In this document: piece after piece, positions 1 to 8,722 of the stretch
How the letters are laid out: each line of letters starts with the position of its first letter
Numbering within the stretch: position 1 is the stretch's first letter
Origin: a virus
Taxonomy: Duplodnaviria; Caudoviricetes
IMG/VR virus record: IMGVR_UViG_3300009086_000041
Span: 1 to 38,981 of that record
Length of the DNA stretch: 38,981 bases
Direction: 5' to 3' (one strand)
The notes under the pieces: generated by a model
Told to the model about the DNA's origin: nothing
The model's input: only the letters and a program-made list of their open reading frames with translations
Databases searched by the model: none
Position numbers and translations under genes: made by a program

Positions 1-1113
1 AGTACAGGTCAAGGCGCAAATGCAATAGCAATTGGTGAAAAAGCAGGTTATGCAAACCAAGCCGCAAACTCGATTGTAATAAACGCAACTGGTGCAGAAG
101 TATACAACACTGGAGCAAGTAGTCTAATAATTACACCAGTACGTAATGCAGTTGGTACAACCGCAGTGATGTACGATGCTACGACAGGCGAAGTAACACA
201 TACAGCAACTCCTTCATTTAGCATAACAGGTAATGCTGCTACAGCTACTAACGTAGCATACTCAGGCTTAACAGGCACAGCGCCAACCTGGGATCAAGAT
301 ACAACAGGTACAGCGGCAATAGCAACAACGTTTACAGTAGCAGATGAAGGCACAGATACTACATGCTTCCCAGTTTTTGCTACAGCGGCAACAGGAAACG
401 TAGGCGGAAAGACAGACAGTGTATTAACATACAACAGTTCAAACGGCACACTATCAGCAACAGCATTTGTTGGAAACATTACAGGTGATGCAGCTGGTGA
501 CCATACAGGAACATTTACAGGTAATGTGTTTACTAACTTAATTGACAGTGCTGACTCGTCAGCTATTGTTATAACTCCTTCTTTACGAACATCATCTGAT
601 GTAACAATTGATCAAGAATTAAGAGTTGGTAGTCAAAATACATTTGGTCCTAATGGCAAATCAGTAGCAATTATTCCGTCTTATGATACTGGAACTGGTA
701 AGGTTTCCACAGATACACTAGAAGTTAGAGCTATTCAAATTACAGACGCCGACGGTGGAATAATTACGTTAACTGGTGAATTAGACATATCAAAAACTTT
801 AACTACAAATGCCGGACATTTAGGGTTTGGAGATAATAACTTACTAGCATATAGCGGAGTATCAGCAAGTCTAAGAGTTGCTGAATTTACTGGTGATCTT
901 GATCAAGCAGGCGACTTTGAAAATGCTGCAAACTTTAATAACTATATGACTGTTGATAGTACGGTTGCAGACTTTGGTACTGCTGTTAAATTTGCTAGTA
1001 TGACAACCGGTGTGCGAAATGCACTAACACCAGCGGCTGGTATGGTTGTGTTTAATACTACAGAGACAAAATTACAAGTATACACAGGCTCTGCTTGGGA
1101 AGACTTACATTAA
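1..1113 (+). CDS. 5'-truncated phage fibre/adhesin-like structural protein
   Basis: Frame 1 is open from base 1 (STGQGANAIAIGEKAGYANQAANSIVINATG...) into the 166..1113 ORF, so the true start is upstream of the window. It has a YadA-head-like QGANAIAIG repeat, is Thr/Ala/Gly-rich, and ends in GMVVFNTTETKLQVYTGSAW, a typical phage fibre C-terminus. Confidence 0.75.
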   Translation, partial: STGQGANAIAIGEKAGYANQAANSIVINATGAEVYNTGASSLIITPVRNAVGTTAVMYDATTGEVTHTATPSFSITGNAATATNVAYSGLTGTAPTWDQDTTGTAAIATTFTVADEGTDTTCFPVFATAATGNVGGKTDSVLTYNSSNGTLSATAFVGNITGDAAGDHTGTFTGNVFTNLIDSADSSAIVITPSLRTSSDVTIDQELRVGSQNTFGPNGKSVAIIPSYDTGTGKVSTDTLEVRAIQITDADGGIITLTGELDISKTLTTNAGHLGFGDNNLLAYSGVSASLRVAEFTGDLDQAGDFENAANFNNYMTVDSTVADFGTAVKFASMTTGVRNALTPAAGMVVFNTTETKLQVYTGSAWEDLH

Positions 1114-1131
1114 TAGTTAATACAAACTCAT

Positions 1132-1162
1132 AAAAAAAGCACCATTAAGGTGCTTTTTTTTT
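1132..1162. terminator. Bidirectional rho-independent terminator
   Basis: AAAAAAA-GCACC-ATTAA-GGTGC-TTTTTTTTT: GC stem at 1139-1143/1149-1153 flanked by A and T tracts, between two convergent genes. Confidence 0.92.
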
Positions 1163-1182
1163 GGCTTTAATTTATTAGTGTA

Positions 1183-3774
1183 TTACAATTTTAGTATACA
1201 TTCAACTAGTTTAGTGCCTTCTTCTTCGTTTGATTCTAACGCTACGCCTACTATTTGTTGTCCGTTAAAGTGTGTACTAGCAATTCCGTTATCATGCACG
1301 TAAACCGCTTGTCCTTTGCTCACAGAGCCCGTTACAAGCACTGGAACTCGTCCTTTAAGTGCTAGTGGTTGTCCGTCTGCTTCTGCATTCATTAAGAACG
1401 CTGGTTTTGCAGATATAACACCTACTGGTATTGCTCCAAATGCAGCTCTTTCTGATTCAAAACTTGACTGTGCGCCAATTGCCATTACTGTACCTGTTGG
1501 GTGTTTTTCGTTAGTTGTATATTTCTCTGCCAAGTCAGCATAGTTTGCGGTTACAGCATTACCAGTTAAGTCACCTACAAAAGTACCTACGCTTAATTCA
1601 AGTCCACTTGCTGTAAATGATGCATGGGTTGCGCCTGCTCTTGATACAGTAATGTCGCCGCCTGCACCAGGTATTGCTACACTACTAGTACCATTAGATA
1701 TTGAAGATGTACTTACACCTCCCACACCTGATGAAATAGCACTATCAACTTGTGCTTGTGTATATGTTTCTGATTTAGCATAAACATCTAAGTTAGTTCT
1801 TGCACCAGCGGCTGTTCCAGAACCAGTACCACCTTCAGTTATTGCTAGTGTACCTGTTGCTCCTGCTAAGTTAAGTGAAGTAGATGTAAGTGTTCCTACA
1901 GTTAAGTTATCAAAGTAACCGTCACTTGCTGTTCCTGATTCATTAACTTGGCCAACAAATTTAGTTGCTGTAACTGTGCCTGCAGCAAAATCGCCACTTG
2001 CATCTCTAGCAACTACATTATTTGCTGTATTTGTTGTTGTTGCATTTAATCCTACTTTAATAGTTACACCTTCAGCTGATGCTGGGTAACTGCTTGGATT
2101 TAAACTATCGTTAACACTAACATTTATATATGTTTCTCCAGTATCACGTATTACTCTTTCTATGTAATTGCCTGTTGTATCTGTTCCTAGTGTTACAGAA
2201 TCTCCTGATGTTGTTAGTGCAATATCTAATGATCCTTCGTCACCATTAAATACTCCGCTACCTGTTACATCACCTGTAAAGTTAAGTGTTAAATCATTTG
2301 TCCACTTAGTAGCATTATCGGCTGTACCGTCTAATGCACCAAAAAATGTTGCTGCGTTTAAAGATCCTGTTGCATCTCTAACTGCTACAGTATCAGCAGT
2401 TGGTATAACTGCCGCTGATCTATTTTCAACGCCAACTTGCATAGTAGCTGATCGAGTAGCAATGCCATTAAATTGATTTGCTGTTAGGTTACCACTGGCG
2501 TCTCTAACCGCTACAGAGCTTGCTGTAGCACTTGCAGAGCCTGTTGCATAGCTTGTTCCGTCTACTGCAATGTTTGTTGCGTTAACAGCTAAATCTGCGT
2601 TTGTAGCTATACCTTGAAAGTAGTTTGCATATAAATCGCCGCTTGCATCTCTTGCTGAAATTGTGTTTGCTGTAGCCGCTGTTGATGCACTTCTATATTC
2701 TACACCTACTTTTAATAAATCTGATTTTTGACTAGTACCTGTAAAGTTTACAGCATGTACAGTATTCCATCTATTTCCGGAAGTACCTAAATTGTAAATG
2801 CCATCACCATCTGGTCTAATACTTGCAGGTCCGCTTGAAGGGTCAATAATAAGTGGAGTTTGTATAGTGCCAGTGCCATCGTATGCTATTAATTTAATTA
2901 GACCGCCGTTTGTAGCATGAGTAATTAGTGCATTTCCGCTTGATGTATTAAGTCTAAATTCGTTTGAACTACCAATTCGTAAACCATCTGCGTCTGCAAT
3001 GTCAACTCTGTCAGTAAATACTGCTGTTGCACGTTGTATAAATTCTACTGCATCAGTGCCACCTAATCTATCTGTGTTAGATGCTGTACCGTGAAATCTT
3101 TCTACTCCACTTTGTACACCTGTTGCATCATCCGAGTCAACTAATGTAATACCTTGGTGTATGTAACTAAAGCCCTGTATAGAACTTCCAGTGTCTAATG
3201 TAAATGCATCTTTTGATGCAACAAACATTGTTTTATTATCAACTATACCTTTTAAAACATAGTGTTCATGCGGTAATTTTAATTCTGCTGTAGTGTCACT
3301 AGGCGATAATAAGTTATCATAAACTAGTGTTTCTACCCATTCTGTTTGGTTAGCACTTGCTTGCTTTGGTCCAACTAATACAAACGCAGAACCGTTATAT
3401 ACGTGTAACTGTTGTTGTACATCATCAAACCATAAATCACCTTTGATTACATTTGATGCTGATGGAGTGCTTGGCAAAACCCCAACTCTTAAATTTGCTA
3501 AAGGATTGAAAAACTTATTTGCATTACCGTCATATACTTTAAGTCTTCCAACGCCTTCGTCGTCTGTATCAAACCAAAGTTGACCAGCAATAGGTCTTGG
3601 AGGTTGGTTTGCCGAAGCAAAGTTTTCTAACAATGATACAAAATTTTCATTTTGCAATTCACCGTACCCTGAATAGTTCTTACCGACTAGTTTTAAATCA
3701 GTAGTATTATCAATAGTACCGTCTTCTATTATTGTTAGAATAGTATTATTTGTTTTTTCAATAGTATATGCCAT
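1183..3774 (-). CDS. Tail fibre protein (863 aa) with shared N-terminal baseplate-anchor domain and C-terminal peptidase-G2-like intramolecular chaperone
   Basis: N-terminal LVGKNYSGYGE..NENF..LLENF..GQLWFD domain shared with two neighbours; four RDASG repeats; C-terminal ANYADLAEKY...GVISAKPAFLMN...LALKGRVPVLV motif; RBS AGGGA upstream. Confidence 0.8.
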   Translation of the reverse strand: MAYTIEKTNNTILTIIEDGTIDNTTDLKLVGKNYSGYGELQNENFVSLLENFASANQPPRPIAGQLWFDTDDEGVGRLKVYDGNANKFFNPLANLRVGVLPSTPSASNVIKGDLWFDDVQQQLHVYNGSAFVLVGPKQASANQTEWVETLVYDNLLSPSDTTAELKLPHEHYVLKGIVDNKTMFVASKDAFTLDTGSSIQGFSYIHQGITLVDSDDATGVQSGVERFHGTASNTDRLGGTDAVEFIQRATAVFTDRVDIADADGLRIGSSNEFRLNTSSGNALITHATNGGLIKLIAYDGTGTIQTPLIIDPSSGPASIRPDGDGIYNLGTSGNRWNTVHAVNFTGTSQKSDLLKVGVEYRSASTAATANTISARDASGDLYANYFQGIATNADLAVNATNIAVDGTSYATGSASATASSVAVRDASGNLTANQFNGIATRSATMQVGVENRSAAVIPTADTVAVRDATGSLNAATFFGALDGTADNATKWTNDLTLNFTGDVTGSGVFNGDEGSLDIALTTSGDSVTLGTDTTGNYIERVIRDTGETYINVSVNDSLNPSSYPASAEGVTIKVGLNATTTNTANNVVARDASGDFAAGTVTATKFVGQVNESGTASDGYFDNLTVGTLTSTSLNLAGATGTLAITEGGTGSGTAAGARTNLDVYAKSETYTQAQVDSAISSGVGGVSTSSISNGTSSVAIPGAGGDITVSRAGATHASFTASGLELSVGTFVGDLTGNAVTANYADLAEKYTTNEKHPTGTVMAIGAQSSFESERAAFGAIPVGVISAKPAFLMNAEADGQPLALKGRVPVLVTGSVSKGQAVYVHDNGIASTHFNGQQIVGVALESNEEEGTKLVECILKL
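1975..2685 (-). repeat. Four protein-level repeats (T/S-A-x-T/S/N-[IV]-x-[AV]-RDA[ST]G-x-[LF]-x-A) in the fibre shaft
   Basis: TANTISARDASGDLYA, TASSVAVRDASGNLTA, TADTVAVRDATGSLNA, TANNVVARDASGDFAA; RDA[ST]G cores near 2645, 2498, 2372 and 2000. Confidence 0.85.
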
Positions 3775-3802
3775 TATTTTTCATTCCCTATGTGCGGTAT
3801 AT

Positions 3803-3811
3803 GTATTTATC
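3803..3811 (-). promoter_or_regulatory. Putative late promoter GATAAATAC
   Basis: TAAATA core (T4 late consensus TATAAATA) in the intergenic gap about 30 nt upstream of the ATG at 3774. Confidence 0.75.
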
Positions 3812-3815
3812 AGTA

Positions 3816-6065
3816 TTAGGACCAATTAGTCTCTGACTGTTTGGTCCATACTTTACCACTACCAGGGTCAGTTACTTTCCAAACTTGCTTCTTACGTGTT
3901 ACTGACAATGATACTGTACCCGTTGCACTGTTAAAGTTAATATCTTCTAATAGAGCTTGCGGATTTTGCCCTCCATCTGCTCCTCCAATACCAGTAAAAT
4001 CAACTGATATAGTTTCTTTTGTTGCAGATCCTGCAACGTCAATACCTGTAACTGCACCACCATACTGTGTAGTAATAATGTTTGCTACACTATTAAGTGT
4101 CTTTGCTGTTGGGTCTTGATAAAAATTAAGCATTGACTGTAATTCCTCATCAATACTTGAATAATTTGCTGTTGGTAAGCCAGTAATATCAATTTGCATC
4201 ATTACTGGTGAAAATGCTAATTCTGTATCTACATATCCTTTAGTTACTACATGATCATTTGTATCTTCAGTATCACTAGGATTATCTACAACGTGTCTAG
4301 CACTTAACGGCGTACCAACATTTTTAATTTTAGTAGCATTAAAGTCAACTGCTGACTGACTTACAATCTTTAAGCCTGCATTAAATGTAGTAATTGTTGG
4401 CGTTGCTGGGGTTGTTCCTTCGTTATATGTAATTGTTAGTCCTGGGCCCGGTATTGTACTACTTTGTCTTACTCTTACAGTATCTAAAATACCAACATTT
4501 GCTAATCCTGATGCTGTTGTAATATCTGTACCAAGTGCGCCTGACGATATTACATCATGCCCATTAATTTTATATGTTTCGCCTGTAGGAATATTAACAC
4601 TATCATTCAATTCAAAGAATGGACCATTAGTTAAGTCATTAATCCATTTGATAGTTTTGTCATTTGCATTAGTACTACTAGGTGCGCCTTTAATTGTAAC
4701 ACCTGCACCAGTTGCAGTTGCATCTGAACGCTGTATTATATTTGTTGCTGTAATGTTTACACCGCCACTTGTTTGTAAATCACCTTTACCGACTATTGTT
4801 ATTTCATCATTTCCAACAAGAAAGCTATTGTTTATTGGTTCAATAACCAATTTGAATGAGTTGTTAACAATATCAACCTGATATTCTTTAAATGTACCTG
4901 TTGCTAATATAGTATTACCTGTATGACTTTGTGTTACTTGGTCACCTACCGCAAGTGTGTCAGCAAATGAGCTATTAACTTGTCCTGATAAAGTTATAAT
5001 TGTATCTGCATGTCCAAGTTCGATATTATAATCATCAACTGTTAATGTTGCTGTTTCTAAAGTAGTATTACTACCTTCAATAGTAATATCGCCTCTAACT
5101 CTTATATCACCAAATACGTCTAATGTAGCTGTTGGTTCGTCAACAGTTACGTTAATTCCCATATATCTGTTAACAGCGTCAACACGTATTGGATCAAATT
5201 GTCCAACAACGTTTGATGCAACTAGTCTAAATCCTTGATTAACAAGATTACTGGATAAGTTAAGGAATGTTCCAGAAACATTTAATCCTGCTTGTCCTGT
5301 GTCACCAATTGTTAATCCGCCCTTAGTTTGAATATTCAAAATACCAGTAGTTGTGCCTTCTGCATCAGATGGTAAAAACTGAGATGCTGTTTTTCTTCTT
5401 AGTAGTCCTGTATTTGGATCAGTTTCTGAAGTAATTAAACTTGTTGCTGAATCAGCAACACCTCCAATTCTAAAATTATCTTTATCAACAATATTAATAC
5501 CCTTTAATACATCACCTGTTAATCCTGGTAATAAATCAACGTCATCGGGTCTTGGTGTAAATGTGTCATTACTAATATAAGCAAATGCTGCATTACCAAC
5601 TGACCATTTAATAACTGTGTAATTCAAACTTCTTGTATCAACAATTCTTAATGTTTCAAATCCACTTTTACCTTGAGATGAAGTATATGGAGGTCCTACT
5701 AGTACTATGTCGCTTCCGTCAAAGAAGTATAACTGGTTGTCATCATTGTTTATCCAAATGTCACCTGCCACCATTTGTGGTTGTGTTGCACTAATAATTG
5801 GACCGTTTGCTTTAAACGTTGTTCCGTCATACACTTTTAATCTATTTTCACTAGAATCAAACCAAAGTTGACCAGTAATTGGTGTTCCTGGAGTTGCTGT
5901 ACCGCTAAAGTTTTCTAAAAGTTTAATAAAGTTTTCGTTTATAACTTCGCCAAAACCTGTATAGTTTCTTCCAATTAGTGTAATGTCTGATGATGTTGTA
6001 TCAATCTGTCCGTCAACTAGTTCTACTAGTAACGATCCGTCTGTTTTGTTTAGTTTATAACTCAT
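3816..6065 (-). CDS. Baseplate-attached fibre/structural protein (749 aa), paralog of its neighbours
   Basis: Same N-terminal domain (LIGRNYTGFGE..NENFIKLLENF..GQLWFD..LKVYDG); fibre motifs TLETATLTVDDYNIELG and DHVVTKGYVD; ATG overlaps the upstream stop (TAATG). Confidence 0.8.
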   Translation of the reverse strand: MSYKLNKTDGSLLVELVDGQIDTTSSDITLIGRNYTGFGEVINENFIKLLENFSGTATPGTPITGQLWFDSSENRLKVYDGTTFKANGPIISATQPQMVAGDIWINNDDNQLYFFDGSDIVLVGPPYTSSQGKSGFETLRIVDTRSLNYTVIKWSVGNAAFAYISNDTFTPRPDDVDLLPGLTGDVLKGINIVDKDNFRIGGVADSATSLITSETDPNTGLLRRKTASQFLPSDAEGTTTGILNIQTKGGLTIGDTGQAGLNVSGTFLNLSSNLVNQGFRLVASNVVGQFDPIRVDAVNRYMGINVTVDEPTATLDVFGDIRVRGDITIEGSNTTLETATLTVDDYNIELGHADTIITLSGQVNSSFADTLAVGDQVTQSHTGNTILATGTFKEYQVDIVNNSFKLVIEPINNSFLVGNDEITIVGKGDLQTSGGVNITATNIIQRSDATATGAGVTIKGAPSSTNANDKTIKWINDLTNGPFFELNDSVNIPTGETYKINGHDVISSGALGTDITTASGLANVGILDTVRVRQSSTIPGPGLTITYNEGTTPATPTITTFNAGLKIVSQSAVDFNATKIKNVGTPLSARHVVDNPSDTEDTNDHVVTKGYVDTELAFSPVMMQIDITGLPTANYSSIDEELQSMLNFYQDPTAKTLNSVANIITTQYGGAVTGIDVAGSATKETISVDFTGIGGADGGQNPQALLEDINFNSATGTVSLSVTRKKQVWKVTDPGSGKVWTKQSETNWS

Positions 6066-8080
6066 TAGCCCCCAACTCCTGTGTATATAATATAATTAAC
6101 TGTTAAGTATGGGTTCATTAAACTTACAGCATCTCCTGTACCGCCAGTTTCCATGCCACCTGTTCTTGGATATTTTAATCCGTTTGCTGTTCCTACTAAG
6201 TTTGTATCAATAATAGCATCACTATCACCTGTTGTAGTTGAATCAGGATTAATAACATAATACTGTTGCGGTGTTGCTCCATCATCTTTAAGTTCATGTT
6301 TGTGATCAGGTAAATTATCAACTGTAATAGTTGTAGTTTCAGTACCACTTTTAGCACCCAATGTATCTGCTGACGGAACAATATTTGCTGCTGTGCCGCC
6401 CATGTTATCTGCACCTAACGGTAATCTTCCTCTTAAATCAGGTATTGAAAAGTAGCCTGTTGGAGAATTATTATCGTATGTGTTACCAATGACTTGAGAT
6501 AGTTTTTCGTATGCTGAAGTTAGTTCGTTTTGTCCATGACATAGTAGCCACCCATCAGGTGCTGTAGCACCTGCATACGGAGCAATAGTGCCCACTGGTG
6601 TTAATCCTGTAATTTGATCAAATATTGTTGATCTTCTTACTTTGTAAATACCAATTTCGCCACTAACTCTGTTAACTAAAAATTCATCGTCTGTTTGTGA
6701 ATTATCTTTAATAGTTTTAGCAGATATAAATTCGTTTGTAACTTGTGTTTGGAAAGTAACTGTACCTTGTTGACCGTCAAAGTCAATATCGAGTAAACTT
6801 TCAACGTCACCTGTCATTCTAAATACACTTGGCGATGATAGTTTATCAGCACTACCTGCTCTACCACTAACACTACCTTGTACGTTTCCGTTTAAAGAAC
6901 CTACAAACTCAGTAGCATACATTGCTTTCCATTTATTTGTTGTACTACCTATTGATCTTAAATTATTATCCTGAGGAAGAATGTCATTCAATGACGAGTT
7001 ACCTAGTACACTAATACCGGCACCTACTGTTAAGTTCTTTGCTACAGCTGCACCACCTGCTAAAATTAATGATCCTGTACTTACTGATGTACTATCAGTT
7101 AATCCGTTAATAATTACGCTCGAGTCAGTCTGTATGTCGCCGCCGACATCTAATGACTTTTCAGGGTTTAAATTGTTTATACCAATATTAGTATTACTAT
7201 TAATCCTTAATGGAGTTGCTGTTACACCCGCATTATTAGTTTTAAAATCAATACTTGATCCGCTAATATCATGACTAATAACGCCTGCTTGACCGGTAAT
7301 TCTTAATCTTAACGAATTACTAAGCCCAACACTTATTCCTCCATCATTTTTAATATTAAGTTCTTGCTCTGCAATATTAATTGCACTCTTTCTCATAAAG
7401 TCTGTGGACGGAACTACAGCACCATCAATTACTAAATTTTCTGCTTTTTCTGCTGTTCCTAAATATTTAGGAATACCGTCGCCTGTAATATCTTCTGTAG
7501 ATAAATTATAACCTGGCTTAATAATATCAAAACCTTCGATATCTGTTTTTGGTATAAACGTATCCTTTGACATAATAGCAACAACTTTGCCGCCTATTTC
7601 AACTTGTAAAATATCAAATATAGCATCAGTAGTAGAAGTAACTTTTACAGGTTTAGTACCTGTAGCTAATCCTTCTGCAAATTCAGGACCTACTAGTAAC
7701 CAGTTTGACCCTGCAAACAAATATAACTGTTGGTTATCAGTATCAACCCAAAGATCACCTACGACCGAGTTAGATGCTTCGGGTGCTAAATTAGCTTTCT
7801 TCAAGCCACCTGCAGCTACCCAAGTAGTACCGTCATATAATTTAAGCTGGTCAACTCCTGGTGTTGTATCATACCAAAGTTGTCCTTCTGTAGGATTAGT
7901 TGGAGATATTGTATGTGCAAAATTCTCTAATAGATGTAAAAAGTTTTCCGAAATTGCTTGTCCATACGCTGTTGTATTTCTTCCTGGTAAACTTAAACTA
8001 GTTTCTGCGTTAAGTGTATTGTCCTCAATTACAATTACACCCTTATTAACCTGATCTGAATATCTAATATTATATGCCAT
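6065..8080 (-). CDS. Tail fibre/baseplate pin protein with phage tail-collar domain (671 aa; T4 gp10/gp12-like role)
   Basis: Shared N-terminal domain; collar motif PVGTIAPYAG..APDGWLLCHGQ...IGNTY...FSIPDLRGR at about 6420-6600; C-terminal MNPYLTVNYIIY. Confidence 0.85.
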   Translation of the reverse strand: MAYNIRYSDQVNKGVIVIEDNTLNAETSLSLPGRNTTAYGQAISENFLHLLENFAHTISPTNPTEGQLWYDTTPGVDQLKLYDGTTWVAAGGLKKANLAPEASNSVVGDLWVDTDNQQLYLFAGSNWLLVGPEFAEGLATGTKPVKVTSTTDAIFDILQVEIGGKVVAIMSKDTFIPKTDIEGFDIIKPGYNLSTEDITGDGIPKYLGTAEKAENLVIDGAVVPSTDFMRKSAINIAEQELNIKNDGGISVGLSNSLRLRITGQAGVISHDISGSSIDFKTNNAGVTATPLRINSNTNIGINNLNPEKSLDVGGDIQTDSSVIINGLTDSTSVSTGSLILAGGAAVAKNLTVGAGISVLGNSSLNDILPQDNNLRSIGSTTNKWKAMYATEFVGSLNGNVQGSVSGRAGSADKLSSPSVFRMTGDVESLLDIDFDGQQGTVTFQTQVTNEFISAKTIKDNSQTDDEFLVNRVSGEIGIYKVRRSTIFDQITGLTPVGTIAPYAGATAPDGWLLCHGQNELTSAYEKLSQVIGNTYDNNSPTGYFSIPDLRGRLPLGADNMGGTAANIVPSADTLGAKSGTETTTITVDNLPDHKHELKDDGATPQQYYVINPDSTTTGDSDAIIDTNLVGTANGLKYPRTGGMETGGTGDAVSLMNPYLTVNYIIYTGVGG

Positions 8081-8082
8081 GT

Positions 8083-8697
8083 CTACGCCTCATTAAATCC
8101 GGTTAAACTTTGGACCCTTACTGTATAATCAATCTGTATAAGTCTGTTTAAACTCTTTTGTACTGGGTGGAAAATAACATGTGTTAAAAGTTTTCCTAGG
8201 CCAGTTCCTTGTGCTGAACTTACTAGTCCTAATTCGTCAAAAACAAATAAACTTTCTGTATCTGATGCTGTATCAAAAGCGTCTTGCCCGCTGGGCTCAC
8301 CGTAATCTAATAAACAACTTACAAGTATATCAGTATAGTTTGTACCACTTACGTGTCTTGTTTCAATTTTGTTTCTTACAGGATCAGTATTATTAGGATC
8401 TACAGCAACAATTTTTTCAAATGTTTGATTATATAAACTTGCATTTGAGCCTGTTGAGTTAGGAGTTAGATAGGTAATAATTCCTGTTGGATCAACTGAT
8501 GTTCCACCGTTACCAAATGCCATTTTGTAAATTGGCCCTTGCCCTACTGAAGCTAAACTTTCAGCAAGTGCAATACTCATGTTCTCGTAGTGGATAGCGT
8601 TCCTTTTATCAATAAGAACTTCTCCCGATCCTGGGTCTGTAATTTTAATGTGTCCTTGTAAAAGTACACCATTCATGTCTTTAAATTTGTCTGTCAT
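8083..8697 (-). CDS. Conserved small virion/baseplate structural protein (204 aa)
   Basis: In the structural operon; FDELGL...LLTHVIFHPVQKSLNRLIQIDYT resembles N-terminal fibre-attachment domains. Start re-assigned from GTG 8706 to ATG 8697 because AGGTGGA (8702-8708) is positioned as its RBS. Confidence 0.7.
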   Translation of the reverse strand: MTDKFKDMNGVLLQGHIKITDPGSGEVLIDKRNAIHYENMSIALAESLASVGQGPIYKMAFGNGGTSVDPTGIITYLTPNSTGSNASLYNQTFEKIVAVDPNNTDPVRNKIETRHVSGTNYTDILVSCLLDYGEPSGQDAFDTASDTESLFVFDELGLVSSAQGTGLGKLLTHVIFHPVQKSLNRLIQIDYTVRVQSLTGFNEA

Positions 8698-8713
8698 ATT
8701 ATCCACCTATACT

Positions 8714-8722
8714 GTATTTATT
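8714..8722 (-). promoter_or_regulatory. Putative late promoter AATAAATAC overlapping the stop codon of the giant gene
   Basis: TAAATAC core just upstream of the RBS of the 204-aa gene; same motif as at 3803, 28026 and 34425. Confidence 0.7.

Noticed and set aside
1183-8080. Diversity-generating retroelement or invertible fibre cassette
   Set aside because: No reverse transcriptase or recombinase in the window, and I saw no near-identical nucleotide repeat pair; the paralog similarity is at protein level only.
8698-8706. GTG start at 8706 given by the ORF track
   Set aside because: This GTG lies inside the AGGTGGA Shine-Dalgarno; ATG 8697 is the better start.
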